A stretch of DNA of 63,179 bases, the filler included, from Collodictyon triciliatum (taxonomy: Eukaryota): assembly GCA_043381765.1 (NCBI GenBank). It is 11 parts of 11 records of this genome, joined end to end, with 100 filler letters (N's around TTAATTAATTAA, not from the genome) between each part and the next. Parts side by side here need not be neighbours in the genome. Positions count along the whole stretch, not along the records: positions 1 to 6,029 come from JBHJMP010004759.1; positions 6,130 to 12,155 come from JBHJMP010004760.1; positions 12,256 to 15,929 come from JBHJMP010004761.1; 8 more parts are not named here. One strand, given 5' to 3'. Below, piece after piece: positions 1 through 12,330 of this stretch (positions within the stretch are counted from its first letter, which is position 1; each line of letters begins with the position of its first letter). The notes below the pieces were generated by a model, which worked only from the letters and a program-made list of their open reading frames with translations, was not told the origin of the DNA and made no database searches. The translations under genes and the position numbers were made by a program.

Positions 1-480
1 TTGTGTCGATGTTCCTTCCGTTCATGAAGCCAATCTGCTCTTTGGATATGAGTTTGTCAGCGATGGGTGATATGCGATTTCTGAGTAGCGTCGTAAATAT
101 CTTATAGTCGTTATTCAACAGCGATATTGGTCGCCAGTCTGCAAGGTTGCTCGAGTCTCCTTTCTTTGGTATCAGACGCACCGTGGCCTCTGTAAATCCT
201 TGCGGCAGGTCGCCACCAGACATGATTCCTTTCAGAAAAGTTACGAATGATGCCTTGACCTCATTAAAGAAAGCAGAGGATATTCCGTTGGGCAGCCTAT
301 CTGAACCTGGCGCCTTTTCGTTGTGCAGCGACTTGACCGCTTTCCACAATTTGCCTGCATCTATTGGTGCTATCATGCTGGCTGCTTGCGAGGGTGAAGC
401 CTTGGAGCAGTTTGTGGCAATAAACATGAGATTAGAAACATCATAGTCCCGTCTTGACCACATCTTTGAGAAGAAGACGT
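1..480 (-). mobile_element. Non-LTR retrotransposon (L1/Tx1-like) ORF2 reverse transcriptase fragment, running off the window edge
   Basis: Manual minus-strand translation gives ...KSLHNEKAPGSDRLPN...LPQGFTEATVRLIPKKGDSSNLADWRPISLLNNDYKIFTTLLRNRISPIADKLISKEQIGFMNGRNIDT. These are the classic KAPGxD, LIPKK, WRPISLLNxDYK and EQxGF motifs of LINE RT. The upstream boundary is approximate. Confidence 0.92.
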
Positions 481-966
481 GGGTGTTCTTTTTGTTGTTG
501 CGAGGTAATAAATGATGCATGTCCTCAGATGGTGTGCAGGACGAATACAAGGTCTTTTCTTTTTCCTTTCCTAGTCCAAAGAACCATTTCTTCATCTGCT
601 CAAAGTCTCGCAAGTATCTCGCTTCCCATTTTTCGCGGTATTTCTCTTCTTTTTTATTTTATAAACTTAATTCTTCACTACAAGGAGTTTATGATCAAAA
701 CCATAGCTATAAAAGAGAAAACACGCTGATACTTTACAATCATTCTCTTATGGGAGGCGAATCAAGTTTCTCTATCGACCTATCGTGTTGGTTATTATTT
801 ATATGATTGGAGAGAATGCCAGAGACAAAAAAAAAAGTATGTAAATCTGACATGAGTGAATCATCATATACTGACCAGTGGTAGCTAAATAGCATTCGCT
901 TTTAAAAAGAATTATTTTGAGGCATCTAATGCATAGATAGACAATAATGCTGAAAATCTTGATGGT

Positions 967-2456
967 CTACTCTGAGGTGGTGCCCTCTTCTTTTCTTTTC
1001 CTTTTCAAAGAATAGACTGCCTCAAGAGTTGTTTCCAATTGACGTTTACTTCTGGAATCCTCATGACTTTCGTAAAATGGTGGTAGATGGGATATCTACA
1101 TTATCATGAAGAAAAAAATATTGCAAATAAGAAATGAGTCCGTGTATGATATTATGTGCCAGCTTCAAGAAAAGGTTGGCATGTCTGATAAGCTTCAATT
1201 TGTGTATTCAGATGTTTCAAGTTAGCACTCACCATATTATTTGAAACATCAAGGTCATTTAGATTACAGAGTCGGTTTATAGTCTCGGGAATAATCGATA
1301 TCTCGTTGATGATACGTGATTACTCAGCTTTTATTGTTTGAAGATTTCACTCGTCAAATAAAAAATTAATTTGATTTTTTTGTATATATTACTTTGTTAT
1401 TTGAAACATCAAGAACTTTAATCGACGCGAGGCAAAAGACATGCTCTGGAATGTCTGTAAACTATCTCATTTAAAAAAATCGGTATTTAGTGCACATAGA
1501 TACGCACAAAAAGAGTAAGTTATGAAGAAAATTACGAGATTTCCTGCGAGACTCAAATAGGTCAAGTTTTTCAGATGTGTAATACTCTCTGGCAAAGTCG
1601 TGAGGCTTCTTCTGCATAGACTAAATGTGTGGAATTTGATTTGGTTCATGGTCGGCGTCCACCCTGGCTCCCTGATTGATTCTAACTGTGAATGCGTTTC
1701 AATTAGGGGGAAGGTTTACAATTAATATATCGTTTATCCTCGAATTACAAACCATTTCACAGAGCTGCAACTTTCTAATTTGCTTGTAATTATCGCTCTT
1801 TTTGTTGTTCCAGCAAGGAAGAGCTGTGATGCCACACGATGCCCTCTTTATGGTTTGTCGGCCCATCCACTCGATGAATAGTGCCTTCAGGTTTGTGAGT
1901 GCTGTGATTTCCAGCGGAAGCTCCTCCATCTGCACCCATGCGCGTCAGCCACGTTCTCTTTCAACACGAATTAAAATACAGTAGGAAAAGAATAACAACA
2001 AACTGGGTCGCCACCAACGCCGAGATATGTGAGACCTGTCAAACGCGACACTCCTGGTGGCAATGATGACAGCTTGTTGTAACTGACATCAAGATCACTG
2101 AGGCCTGTCAATCGCAATATTTCTGGAGGCAGTGACGACAACTGGTTGCCAGCAGCAACAAGTTCCATGAGGCCGCTTAACCCCGATATTTCTGCAGGCA
2201 GCGAAGATAACTGGTTGTTGTAAACACGAAGAGCTGTGAGCCCAGTCAGGCGCGATATCTCTGGAGGCAGCGACGACAGCCAGTTTGTCCAAAGGTTCAA
2301 TCTCCTCAGTCGAGTCAATAAAAATACGCCACCCGGCACAACTCTCAAGCCTTTCCCTCCCATATCCAGACCCTCGGAGCCTGTCAAAGAGGCGGCATCT
2401 GCATCCTGGGTGACTTTTCGAAGCTCCTCCAAAAGCGTGGCCTCATCAACCATCAT
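967..2456 (-). CDS. Leucine-rich repeat protein, about 6 exons
   Basis: Exon 1 has 23-aa repeats (LSSLPPEISRLTGLTALRVYNNQ). Later GT-AG exons include 1461-1393 (FTDIPEHVFCLASIKVLDVSNNK) and 1301-1233 (ISIIPETINRLCNLNDLDVSNNM). The terminal exon with TAG at 969-967 is tentative. Confidence 0.8.
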
Positions 2457-3508
2457 GACAGAAGTGAGATGGAAGCGGTTTGGATGAGTTTTGGGGACTG
2501 CGTGGGTGAATAAACTGGGGTGTGTGTGGAGTGTGTGTGAGTGTGTTGATTGACGTTTATTGGCAATGTGTCTTCGCATGACTAATCACACAACACGACT
2601 GTCGCTCGAGTAAAAGCGGTGCGTTTTTGCACACAGAGCATATAATGCGCATTATGAACGGATATTGTGTTTGTCTGGCGAGAAGGAAAAGAGCGCTAAG
2701 CAACAGTGACTCTGGCTGCGACATGCTGAGTGTCTCGTAAAGGCCGGCGAATCATGTAACCGGACGATGTTGTGGCTTTCTCCATTTACCTTTCAAGATG
2801 TGGGTTTCTTTGTGTGGCCTGTGTGGCTTGCTAAGATATGCTGGATACTGACTGTTCCGTGGTTATAAATACATTTTTCCATGATTTAGTAACTATGTAT
2901 ATCTTCAAGGTAAAATAATGATAGATTGATGGAAAAGTATTCAAGACATACCATAAAAATTGTAAATACTGTAAATTCCACAAATTATAGTTTTATGGTG
3001 AGTATAGTACGGAACAGCCAAAACAACCTTGCCTTGCCATTCGCGGATGCTTTTGCTTCCTGGTATCATCGTTATGTTCATGGTTACTGCTAGCCCATCG
3101 TTCTTCTTTTGCCTTTTAGCATCAGGGTGATATGTAGCTTTCTTGACATATGAGTGATTGTCTGTAAGTCTTTTGCGCGTGCTTGTGTGTTGCTGGTGAC
3201 ATTTTCTGGTCGAGTGCACTAGACACTTGTTGCTGACCGACTGGCTGCAAAAATAAAAATAAAGGGCTGGAGAAGCAAGACTGGTCACTGCTGGTGCTGC
3301 CTGCCTTGAAAATAGCGGGGAATATAAAGTGCATGGAATTTAAATAGATGGAAGGACCCAACACGCAATCTTAGGGTAACAAAGTTTTATATACAGCTTT
3401 GGCCCAACTCTTCATGTGCTAAGGCGTTGCTCGAATGAGGTACAGTTTGCCCGCGAGTCGAGCTTGGGTTTCCTAGCAGTAGTACCTTGATGGAGACAGG
3501 AGATAGGT

Positions 3509-3570
3509 TTGAGTGAGATTGATGTTTTTTTTTTCCTTTATTCGATTCAAAGTTGAGTGAGATTGATGTT
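3509..3570 (-). mobile_element. 26-nt retroposon 3' tail flanked by an 18-bp target-site duplication
   Basis: TTGAGTGAGATTGATGTT occurs at 3509-3526 and 3553-3570. The insert reads CTTTGAATCGAATAAAGGAAAAAAAA on the minus strand, and a 20-nt identical copy lies at 12063-12082. Confidence 0.65.
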
Positions 3571-3783
3571 GGTGCATAGATAGCTTTTGAGAATTAGTCG
3601 ATAATGAGGGGTGTTCTAAATTTATTGAAATTGGTTGAATGTCATTGATAGAGAAAAGATTTTAAAAAAAGGAGGGTTTGTGCTTTCTTTGATTATTTTT
3701 CAAACCCAGTAGTTAGGAGGGGGTTGTGCCCCATCTGCAAGTTGCATGAGCATCGTTGTAAAATAAATTTGTTTGTATTTTTG

Positions 3784-3878
3784 ACGATATTGGACTATTT
3801 TTTTTTATTCTTCCTTTCAATTCTTGTGCAGGACGGTGGGGATGTTGGCTTTGGTTCGCTAGCCATCACGATATTGGA
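3784..3878 (-). mobile_element. About 70-nt 5'-truncated retroposon tail with poly(A) and an 11-bp target-site duplication
   Basis: ACGATATTGGA occurs at 3784-3794 and 3868-3878. The insert ends ...GTCCTGCACAAGAATTGAAAGGAAGAATAAAAAAAAA on the minus strand, matching 27435-27471 at 35/37 nt. Confidence 0.65.
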
Positions 3879-4935
3879 TTGTTATGATTGTCGTCAGATC
3901 CGTCTGCGGCTATATGTGAAATCATAAATAAAGAAAAAATGGTGGGATTATTTTATGTATGATTGAATCTTGGATAATAGCCTCCGTTGTAGTAAAGACG
4001 TGTTTTTTTTTTCCAATTAGAAGTTTATCAAATTTTAAGTCCAAGAAACGATTGTATTATTTCGTCACTCCCAAAAATATTTATCATCGTTATGAAGAGG
4101 GGAAATGAATAATGCACAGGATTATCTACACAGAATGACTTGATTATTCTAATCTGATTTTTATTCTAATTCAACTTTTTTATCAATCCCTATTCTACAG
4201 ACATTATTCTTTGTAATCGCTAAGACATATATTTTACTTGAATTTATTAAAATGAATTACGATTTTGGTCTCTGTAAATAATTTTCTCACGAGGAGGTTT
4301 ATTTTATTACAAGTCTTAACACCAAATCATCTCGAAAAAGTTCTCATCACAACACAGCAGAGGTCAACGAAATACAAGATAGTGTATCGCAACAGTCTGT
4401 ACCATTTAGAATTCAAGAAGAAATCTCACATAGACATCATACTTTTGATTATTTATACCCCAATTCATGACATCCAATTTAATACAGAATCCAATTTATC
4501 GAGTTTGTTGTTAGTCTAAAGAGTAAATTTATGTTCATGTTGATATATATCGTTATGATGCAAAACTCGTATATTTTGATAAAACCTCCTTGCTGCAAGT
4601 CTGTTCTTTAGCTTGTGAAATCAAGCGAATATGAATCAGTCCCCAGTATGCTACACAGAAAAGTTATATGGTGGATTGTGTGATTGTAATAATCGAAAAA
4701 CTATGCCTTTTTTTACTTTTTTCAATCGAGTGTTAACGAATGTTAAACCATCCAAGGAGCATGCAAAGTGCTAATTGTTGAGGGCAAGTGCGAGTAGAAG
4801 AGGCTCATGGTAAGAAGATACCGATTTAAAGAAACCAGGGATAGCATGTTAGCCAGGCGGGTACCTCAACCGGTTCATTGGTTGGGCGGGTGATAAATTT
4901 TGATTATGCAATGAAAGGTGTCGTATAACATTTTC

Positions 4936-6029
4936 CTATATCTCCATTCCCTTTTCGTCAGAGACTTCAAGGTGCTCACTTACTTCTTCAGTAGAACCTT
5001 CTATGAGTACGACAGGTTGGATGGACTGTTGTTCTTCCAATCCCGAGTCTGGGACGTCGCTTCTTATGAATTGCGCAGTACTTGCTGAAGAAAGAGTCTC
5101 TTGAGTGGTTCCAGGAGCCATGCCCTCTAAGGAGGTAGGCGGGTGTGGTTTGCTGGGTGCCATTATGCTGTTTCCCGATTCTGTTACCGAGTTGGCTTGG
5201 GTTTCCCTTTCCTCGGCATTCTCTCCATGATTTAAAGGAGAGTTTGGTGAAATATCATCGGCTTGGGGTGGTTGGTAATCTTGGAGACTAGCGATGTTTC
5301 CTCCACTTCCTTGAAGCCATTCCATTATTGATACTGCTTCCTCTGTGTTCACTGGTGAACTTGATGCACTTTCGGGAAAATCGCCTGGTGTTTCGTCCAT
5401 CATTTCGATATCCATTTCTTGATTTCGGGGCCGCTCTGAACCTTTGTCTTGATTGAGACTTCGAGCACTTTATCCACGGGTTTCTTGTCACGATTTCTCC
5501 CTCTGACTTTAGAAGATGATGCGCCTTGCCTTTGGCCTTGTTTGTGGGCTCTGGGCTTGTTTTGCACAGACTATTCCTGCACGCTTGGCCAGTCTTTAGC
5601 GCTGAAGTCGGCTACTTTTGTGTTGGAGCCTGAGAAGCGAGTGGCGGTGTTTCGTTTGTTGGTGGCCGCTTGATTGATGGTGGTCAGCTTGGCAGCAGTA
5701 GTTTTTTTTTTGTGTCATTTTGGGGTTTGTGGTTTGACCTTTTGTGTCACACCCTTCTTTGTTGGGGAGAGTTGATGGGATGTCAGACTCTTTGAGGGCG
5801 CGTATCTCCACACGACAGCGTCTGCCATGAATGACGACGAAGGGAGGTATTTTCCCCATTCATTTTTCCTGTTCTTTGTCATAAGTAACGAGTGCATCAT
5901 TCATGCATATTCCTCCAGGCTTTGTCCAGTTAACTTTGATTGGGGTGAAGTATTTGCTGCATGCCTCGAAAATGTCAGTCCAGCTGACCCCCAGCGGTAT
6001 GTTAGACAGGTGCGCAACCTTTGTGACGG
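4936..6029 (-). pseudogene. Degenerate RRM-containing ORF with a long acidic/low-complexity tail, probably a non-LTR retrotransposon ORF1 remnant
   Basis: The minus strand reads VAHLSNIPLGVSWTDIFEACSKYF...NDALVTYDKEQEK*MGKIPPFVVIHGRRCRVEIR, an RRM-like pattern with an in-frame TGA. It is intronless and frameshifted, and an RT fragment lies on the same contig and strand. Confidence 0.5.
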
Positions 6030-6129
6030 NNNNNNNNNNNNNNNNNNNNNNNNNNNNNNNNNNNNNNNNNNNNTTAATTAATTAANNNNNNNNNNNNNNN
6101 NNNNNNNNNNNNNNNNNNNNNNNNNNNNN
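6030..6129. other. Artificial contig linker (N44-TTAATTAATTAA-N44). Identical linkers lie at 12156-12255, 15930-16029, 22053-22152, 27334-27433, 33455-33554, 39571-39670, 45685-45784, 51796-51895 and 57905-58004
   Basis: An identical 100-nt structure with stops in all six frames recurs ten times. Most contig lengths decrease stepwise (6026, 6023, 6021, 6016, 6014, 6011, 6009), consistent with size-sorted concatenation. Confidence 0.98.
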
Positions 6130-7133
6130 TTGTTTTTTTTTGTTTTTTTATGTTTTTTTATGTTTTTTTATGTTTTTTATGTTTTTTATGTTTTTTTATG
6201 TTTTTTTGTTTTTTTTTGTTTTTTTTGTTTTTTGTTTTTTTTGTTTTTTGTTGCAATTCCAAAAATGGTTGATTATCCACAGACGCAAGATTTAAACTTT
6301 ATTACATATAGCATAAATGATCTATCTAATTAGGGTATAGATCATCCATGTCTGGATATTTCCCCAAAGCCCAATATCGGTTCCAAACGCGTCGGTAAAA
6401 ACGTTTCCCAGCGCTACTTTTTTTTTCACGCCTCGCCGGTCGTAACTTTCACTGGAATCCTCTCAAAAAGGCAGAAACGCGTTTTGCAAATGTTTCGCTT
6501 CGAACTTACACCTTCCGCAACCCAAGCGCAGCAACACACAGCAGTTTTCCTCGCTCGGGCGCCTGTGGTCATCGATCAATGCTGCACAGACACACTCCCC
6601 CAAAAGATCAGGAGCCGCGTGGCAGCCGGGCGGCGAGAAAGAGGAGGGGCTGTGAAATACCTGTGCTGCGCAACCCCGGCTCCCACTAAGGCACATGTTG
6701 GGCGTTGCTTCGGCTTTTTTCTCTATTTCCCTTATTTTTCGCTTTTACTTTCTTTTCTTTTTCTTTCTTTTTTTCTTTTTCTTTTTTTCTTTCCTTTTTC
6801 TTTCCTTTTTCTTTCTTTTTTTCTTTCTTTTTTTCTTTTTCTTTTTTCTTTTTCTTTTTTCTTTTTCTTTTTTCTTTTTCTTTTTTTCTTTTTCTTTTTT
6901 CTATTCTCTATTTTCTCCTTCTTGGGGGTGAGAAGCCACTGATTCTAACTGAGAACCCCGGAGAATATATCACCGCCAACTTCACCGCGATCGGTGTTTT
7001 ATTTCGTTATTTTTTTTTTGTACCCCAATCATGTCGTTCTATATTTTTTTTTTCTCGACACAAGTGAAAAGGCTAGGAAGTGTCTTAAAAGAATGTTCCC
7101 AACCACTATAGAAGGCAAGCATACCCCACAATC

Positions 7134-7741
7134 ATGAACTCGTCTCAGGCCCAGGAGAAACTTGCTGCCAACTGCAGACCTCAAATCCTCAATCTCATTA
7201 GCTGCGAGCAAAAGTCTGGCCGTGGAAGCAAGCGCTGTGAGGTTAATAATCTTTCATTTTCCCCCTATTGCCTCGACAAACTATTGTTTTTTTCTCTGTC
7301 AAAAAAGAAAATAAAAGTATTTAATGCTGGTATGTGCCGTAGACTGCTGAGCAAGAAGTGATCGCCTGCGCTGCTTATGTTCTCTGCCCAAACCAATTTG
7401 AGAATGTTGTCCAGTGTCTCGAGGACAACCAAGGCAACGAGAAGAAGTGCGAACGAGTGAGTTTTTATTCTTACATCCTCTCTCTCTTTTTCTCTTTCTC
7501 TTTCTCTTTCTCTTTCTCTTTCTCTTTCTCTTTCTCTTTCTCTTTCTCTTTCTCTTTCTCTTTCTCTTTCTCTTTCTCTTTCTCTTTCAAGAACTGGACG
7601 TCCTCTTTGATTTGCCTCTTCCTATTATCATACTCAAACGATCTTGACCATTTTTCTTCCGCACTAACTGGCCTTGCATGACCTGCTGCTTTCGTGCAGT
7701 TTGTTACCTCCCTCCAAAAGTGCATGGAAAGCTACGACTAA
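7134..7741 (+). CDS. Quadruple-CX9C (double CHCH) mitochondrial intermembrane-space protein, CHCHD5/Mix14-like, 87 aa, 3 exons
   Basis: Exons 7134-7241, 7343-7456 and 7700-7741 (GT-AG, phase 0). The spliced protein contains [33 protein letters not shown] and [11 protein letters not shown]. These are four exact CX9C motifs, two of which span splice junctions. Confidence 0.85.
7490..7588. repeat. (TTTCTC)n intronic microsatellite
   Basis: Perfect hexamer tandem array inside intron 2 of the CX9C gene. Confidence 0.9.
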
Positions 7742-8092
7742 GCACGAGGACTCTAATGAACAGCCTCCCCTTCTAAAAAACACCACCACCCAGCCGTCAA
7801 CAAAATCCATAAATCCAACGCAAACTCCGAGTCGCTGGTTTCATTCTGTCTTTCCAGCCACCTCTTTGCCCTGGATTTGCAAGGCCTCTGAGTGGGCCTT
7901 AGCCTGTAAAGGAAGAAAAGAAACTACAACATCTAAGGGAATAACGAAAGAGATGCTCTCGTGCAACCCACGCATGGTCATCGCACAACCTTTTTTCTTT
8001 TTCTTTTTCTTTTTCTTTTTCTTTTTCTTTTTCTTTTTCTTTTTCTTTTTCTTTTTCTTTTTCTTTTTCTTCATTTTGTTTATGCATGCCAA

Positions 8093-10978
8093 TCACCAGC
8101 GCGTGAACTTTATGATGCCGTCCGAGCCGCCACTCGATACTGCCTGCGGGCCAATCCAAGACACACACGTAGCTTTGTCCTCGTGTTTGCAAAGCAGGTG
8201 CAGAGGAATGTTGCTTCTCAAGTCCCACAAATACACCTGCCAGAGTTTCAATGCTGGTTAAACTGGGCAACACAATTGAAATCAAGGAAATCATCTGCGT
8301 CAGGGAGAGCCCTCCAACAGAAAGTGCGATGCCGTCTCGATAGGGAAGCAGGGAAAGCATATCAGATAACCAAAACACAAACTTTTCCGTCATAGCCCGA
8401 AGATGCAAAGTGTGTTTGGGAGTACGGGTTCCACTTCACATCGCTGACCATGCCTTGGTGTCGCGTGAAGCCTTGCTTGTGAACCATTCCGTCTACGAGT
8501 AAAAGCCACAGACGAAACAAACCAAACAGAGCCATAATAAAGGAGATAATAGGTCATCAGCCGCAAAGAGAGTGTTTGAGATGACGAAGAAAAAAATATG
8601 TATGCTTATATGTATAAGGCGACTTGTGTGATACATCATGAGAGTAGGCGGAACCTGCCGCGCGAGAATCCCACACTCGTATTGTTTTGTCATGATGGGC
8701 GCTTGCAATTATGCCAGTAGCAGAAGAGTCCAAATGGTAAACAGGGTGATTTCCGCTCTGATTCGGGTGATGGAATCGTTACATCTCTGTCGAATATAAT
8801 GATTGACTTTGTTCATGACATAAGTATGCTTTTCAACACTCACAAATGCTCTTTTTTGCACTCCAGTCTGAACGTCCCACACGCCGATTGTGTGGTCCCA
8901 AGAGCCGCTGAGTATGGTCTCTGTTGTTGCCCAGGAGATTGTAGAGACGCACTGTTTGTGCCCGTCCATCGATGCTACGTGAGTCTGTACATGTAAAATA
9001 CTTGAGTGATTGGCTATGTGTCTCGGTGGTTTGAAAGAAAAGTAGATTCATGACCAAGCTTGTGATTTCCGTCAATATGTATGATCTATCTTGTTTTTCA
9101 TTTCGATAATGGATGAACACATCAGAAAATTCAATTCACAAAGCACGATAAACCCGTTGGATTACATTTTCGGTAAATCCAGAGTGTTTCTTTCTTTTCT
9201 TTTTTGTTCCCTCTCCATCTTTTAATTCGGCTTCTGTGTCTTCATAGCTCCATAAATATATCTTAGAATCCCATCCGCCACTGCAGAACTATAAAAGAAA
9301 TGAAATAATGGTCTAAATTGCAGTCAAATATTTTCCTTCGCTTGAAACTAACTATAATCCTGGAAGAAATACGAACCATGACAGCACGTGGGTCTGATGC
9401 GACACATTCAACACTGTTCTTGTGGCCGGTAAAAATGCTCATGGGCTTCCATGAATTGTCTTCTGTAATCTAATTCATGCGGACGAAGGGGGAAAATATA
9501 GATTTAATGAAGGCAATGCCAAAAAAAAAAAAAACGCTCGGGATAATTCTATTTGAATTCTGTAGCGATGTTATATTTTAATATGAATTGTGGCTGTATT
9601 ATTTCTCTCTTACTATGTATGTCCGAATTGTATTGTCTTTGGAACCTGCAATCACAATATTCTGCTTCGAGTCCTTGTCTGTGTTCAGTTAAATGACATC
9701 AGACAAATAAAATTAACAAATATCAATAATATAGATGAACAAGTGTGCTTCTAAAGAGGAGAATAGAGACATGGAATTGCCCAGGCAACACTGGTAACGG
9801 AGCCTTTGAAGTCAGATGAAGATATAGTCAGTTCCTTATCGGTGGTGCTCCATAGCTGTACAGTTCCATTTGCACATCCAGAGGCCACAAAACTGGTTTT
9901 ACAAATAGATAGCTTATTAATATATTCAATGTATTTATTACATACGCTGCTCAATTAATAAGTCTAGCATTTTATGATATATCAATGGATCTTATTCATG
10001 ATGCAGCGATTGGATGGATAAAAAAATTGAAAGTGTATTCAAGTTTATCATTTACTTCGGGTGACCGCCAGCAATAGACATCATCCAGTCAGGGCCTTTA
10101 TTGTCCTCCGATGGAGTGGGAAGTGGGATGGAGAGAACATATTCGACCTCAAGGGTTAATTCCTGATGCAATATACAGTCTATTTGAATTATTTAAAACA
10201 AATAACACCCAGGATTATCGCTGCTTGGAAATATGAATAATATGGACAGCTCCAGGATTACAAACGAATAAAGTAAATAATAGCGAGGCTCTTGATATAT
10301 GTCATGTGCAACTGAGTCTGTTTGGTGCATATTTCGGCTACGCTACCGTTGATATTCTGTGCTGCTCTACGTATTTGTGAAGACTTGTTCTCAAGAATTC
10401 ACCCTTGATGATGAAGTCAAAGTTGACGGGAGGGTCTTTGTAATACAGTTTGTTTCGTTTTATATAATAAAGAATGGAATTGGTTATCCATTGTAAGTGG
10501 TGAATGTCACAACGATAGTATAACATTGGTTGAAATATGTAAGTCATAATAATGTGTCTGATAAATGTATCACTCGGGCGATGAAAGAAAAAAAATGACT
10601 ATTTGATGTTAAGATTGATGCAAGGAAAGTAAAATCGTATTCGTATTTACAATGATATCTTTTAAATACAAAAAGAAATTATAAATCCTATAATCTTTAT
10701 TGCTCGATAAATGTACATATGACCGATATCAAACAAGATATGATAAGCTTATAATGACGACATTTTCGGAGCAACAGAACAAAAATAAGTCGACTAAATT
10801 AAATGAAGGAAGAAGAAGAAGAAAAAAAACCTTTTTGCAAAAGAGAGTTGATGAGTTCGCCCAAGTCTTTGCGGTTCAGGCGAAGCGGGATGGAAAAGTT
10901 GACGTCGTCGACTTTGAACTCTTCAAGCTTTGTGTGGAAGCGCACTTGGATCAAGCCATCGCGCCGGGGTTCTGCCAT
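8093..10978 (-). CDS. WDR12: Ribosome biogenesis WD40 protein WDR12/Ytm1, 11 exons
   Basis: N-terminal NLE/Ubl domain (IQVRFHTK...IPLRLNRKDLGELINSLL; DPPVNFDFIIKGEFLRTSL) followed by WD repeats (FCSGGWDSKIYLW, ILSGSWDHTIGVWDV, SAHHDKTIRVWDSR, VYLWDLRS). All introns traced as GT-AG. Confidence 0.9.
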
Positions 10979-11930
10979 CTCTGTGGATCTTTGCAAAGCA
11001 CACCAATCAATTAATTGCCGAGCTTCAGGGACGATTCGAAGGCCACGCTTTACGCATCGACGCAACGGGCTTCCTCGCGGGTCGGTTCTTCCGCTTGTCT
11101 TTCGGCAACTATTGGGATTCCGCTTTCGCAAAAAAACATAAAGAAAAGCCTCCAGTCAAAGAGAATACCGATCCAAGACCACAAATGATACTTTACAACC
11201 ATAACCTCCCAACTAACAGTGTGAAAATTGTATGATAGCATATTGGTATTACAATATTGTTGATTTTGATCATTTAGTGGAATTTATCATCTCATTATCT
11301 CTATAATATCATTATACCTATAAATTCCACATATGTATATCTAATTAGACATGATTCAACTGCAACGGAATCTACTTTGTTGTCTTCACCTAGAACCCAC
11401 CGAAGGCTCAAGACACAGCAACCCGTATTATCGCCATGTAAGGAGGGAGTATAGCTGCCTCTCATCATTGTCTGCACCCTTCTTCTTTTCGCTCTGCAAG
11501 TCTTCGAGTATGCCCTTTTAAGCCCAGATCAGAAAGCAGTCTATGGCATGCAATAACTCCACCTTGCTTCTTTCACTTTTTATACATTTTTTTTTTATTT
11601 GCTCGTTTGCTTTTCCTTGTGAATTATCCAATCGCATTTGAAATATTCCCTTTTTCTTTGTGAGATCGCTTCAGCCCCGTCGCCAAAGAAAGGATAGAGC
11701 CAAGCTCCTCAGCAAGAAGAGATGATCGCCTCTCTTGCTCATGAAAGAGTTAACCACAGCACGCAATCGACAGGGCAAAATCAGGTAAACGAAAATAGCG
11801 TACAAATCAAACACCTAAGCATCATAGCTGCATCATGTTGATACTACTTTATGTTTTAGTCATGTTATATCCACAATATCAAATCCATATGACCTGATTA
11901 CCCCACATTTATGATACGCAAATCCATACC

Positions 11931-11933
<3 letters not shown>

Positions 11934-12018
<85 letters not shown>
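11934..12018. repeat. Poly(A) tract
   Basis: Mononucleotide A run of roughly 80-85 nt. Confidence 0.9.
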
Positions 12019-12026
<8 letters not shown>

Positions 12027-12255
12027 GAGTTAACATCAATCATTGAAGAAGATATACTTATATTTGAATCGAATAAAGGAAATAAAAATGGCGATGCAAA
12101 TACATTTTAAAAAAGATATATAGCCTTTTTTTTAATCCATGTTATCATAACTTTCNNNNNNNNNNNNNNNNNNNNNNNNNNNNNNNNNNNNNNNNNNNNT
12201 TAATTAATTAANNNNNNNNNNNNNNNNNNNNNNNNNNNNNNNNNNNNNNNNNNNN

Positions 12256-12330
<75 letters not shown>
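12256..12330. repeat. (TTA)n microsatellite at contig end
   Basis: Perfect trinucleotide array. Confidence 0.9.

Noticed and set aside
6030-6129. Recurrent palindromic TTAATTAATTAA flanked by Ns, spaced about 6 kb apart
   Set aside because: It is an artificial six-frame-stop linker between concatenated contigs, not a biological repeat or array. Cross-linker gene neighbourhoods were therefore not interpreted.
6695-8395. Poly-Phe, poly-Lys and EK-repeat ORFs here and near most contig ends
   Set aside because: They are translations of microsatellites in introns or intergenic DNA.
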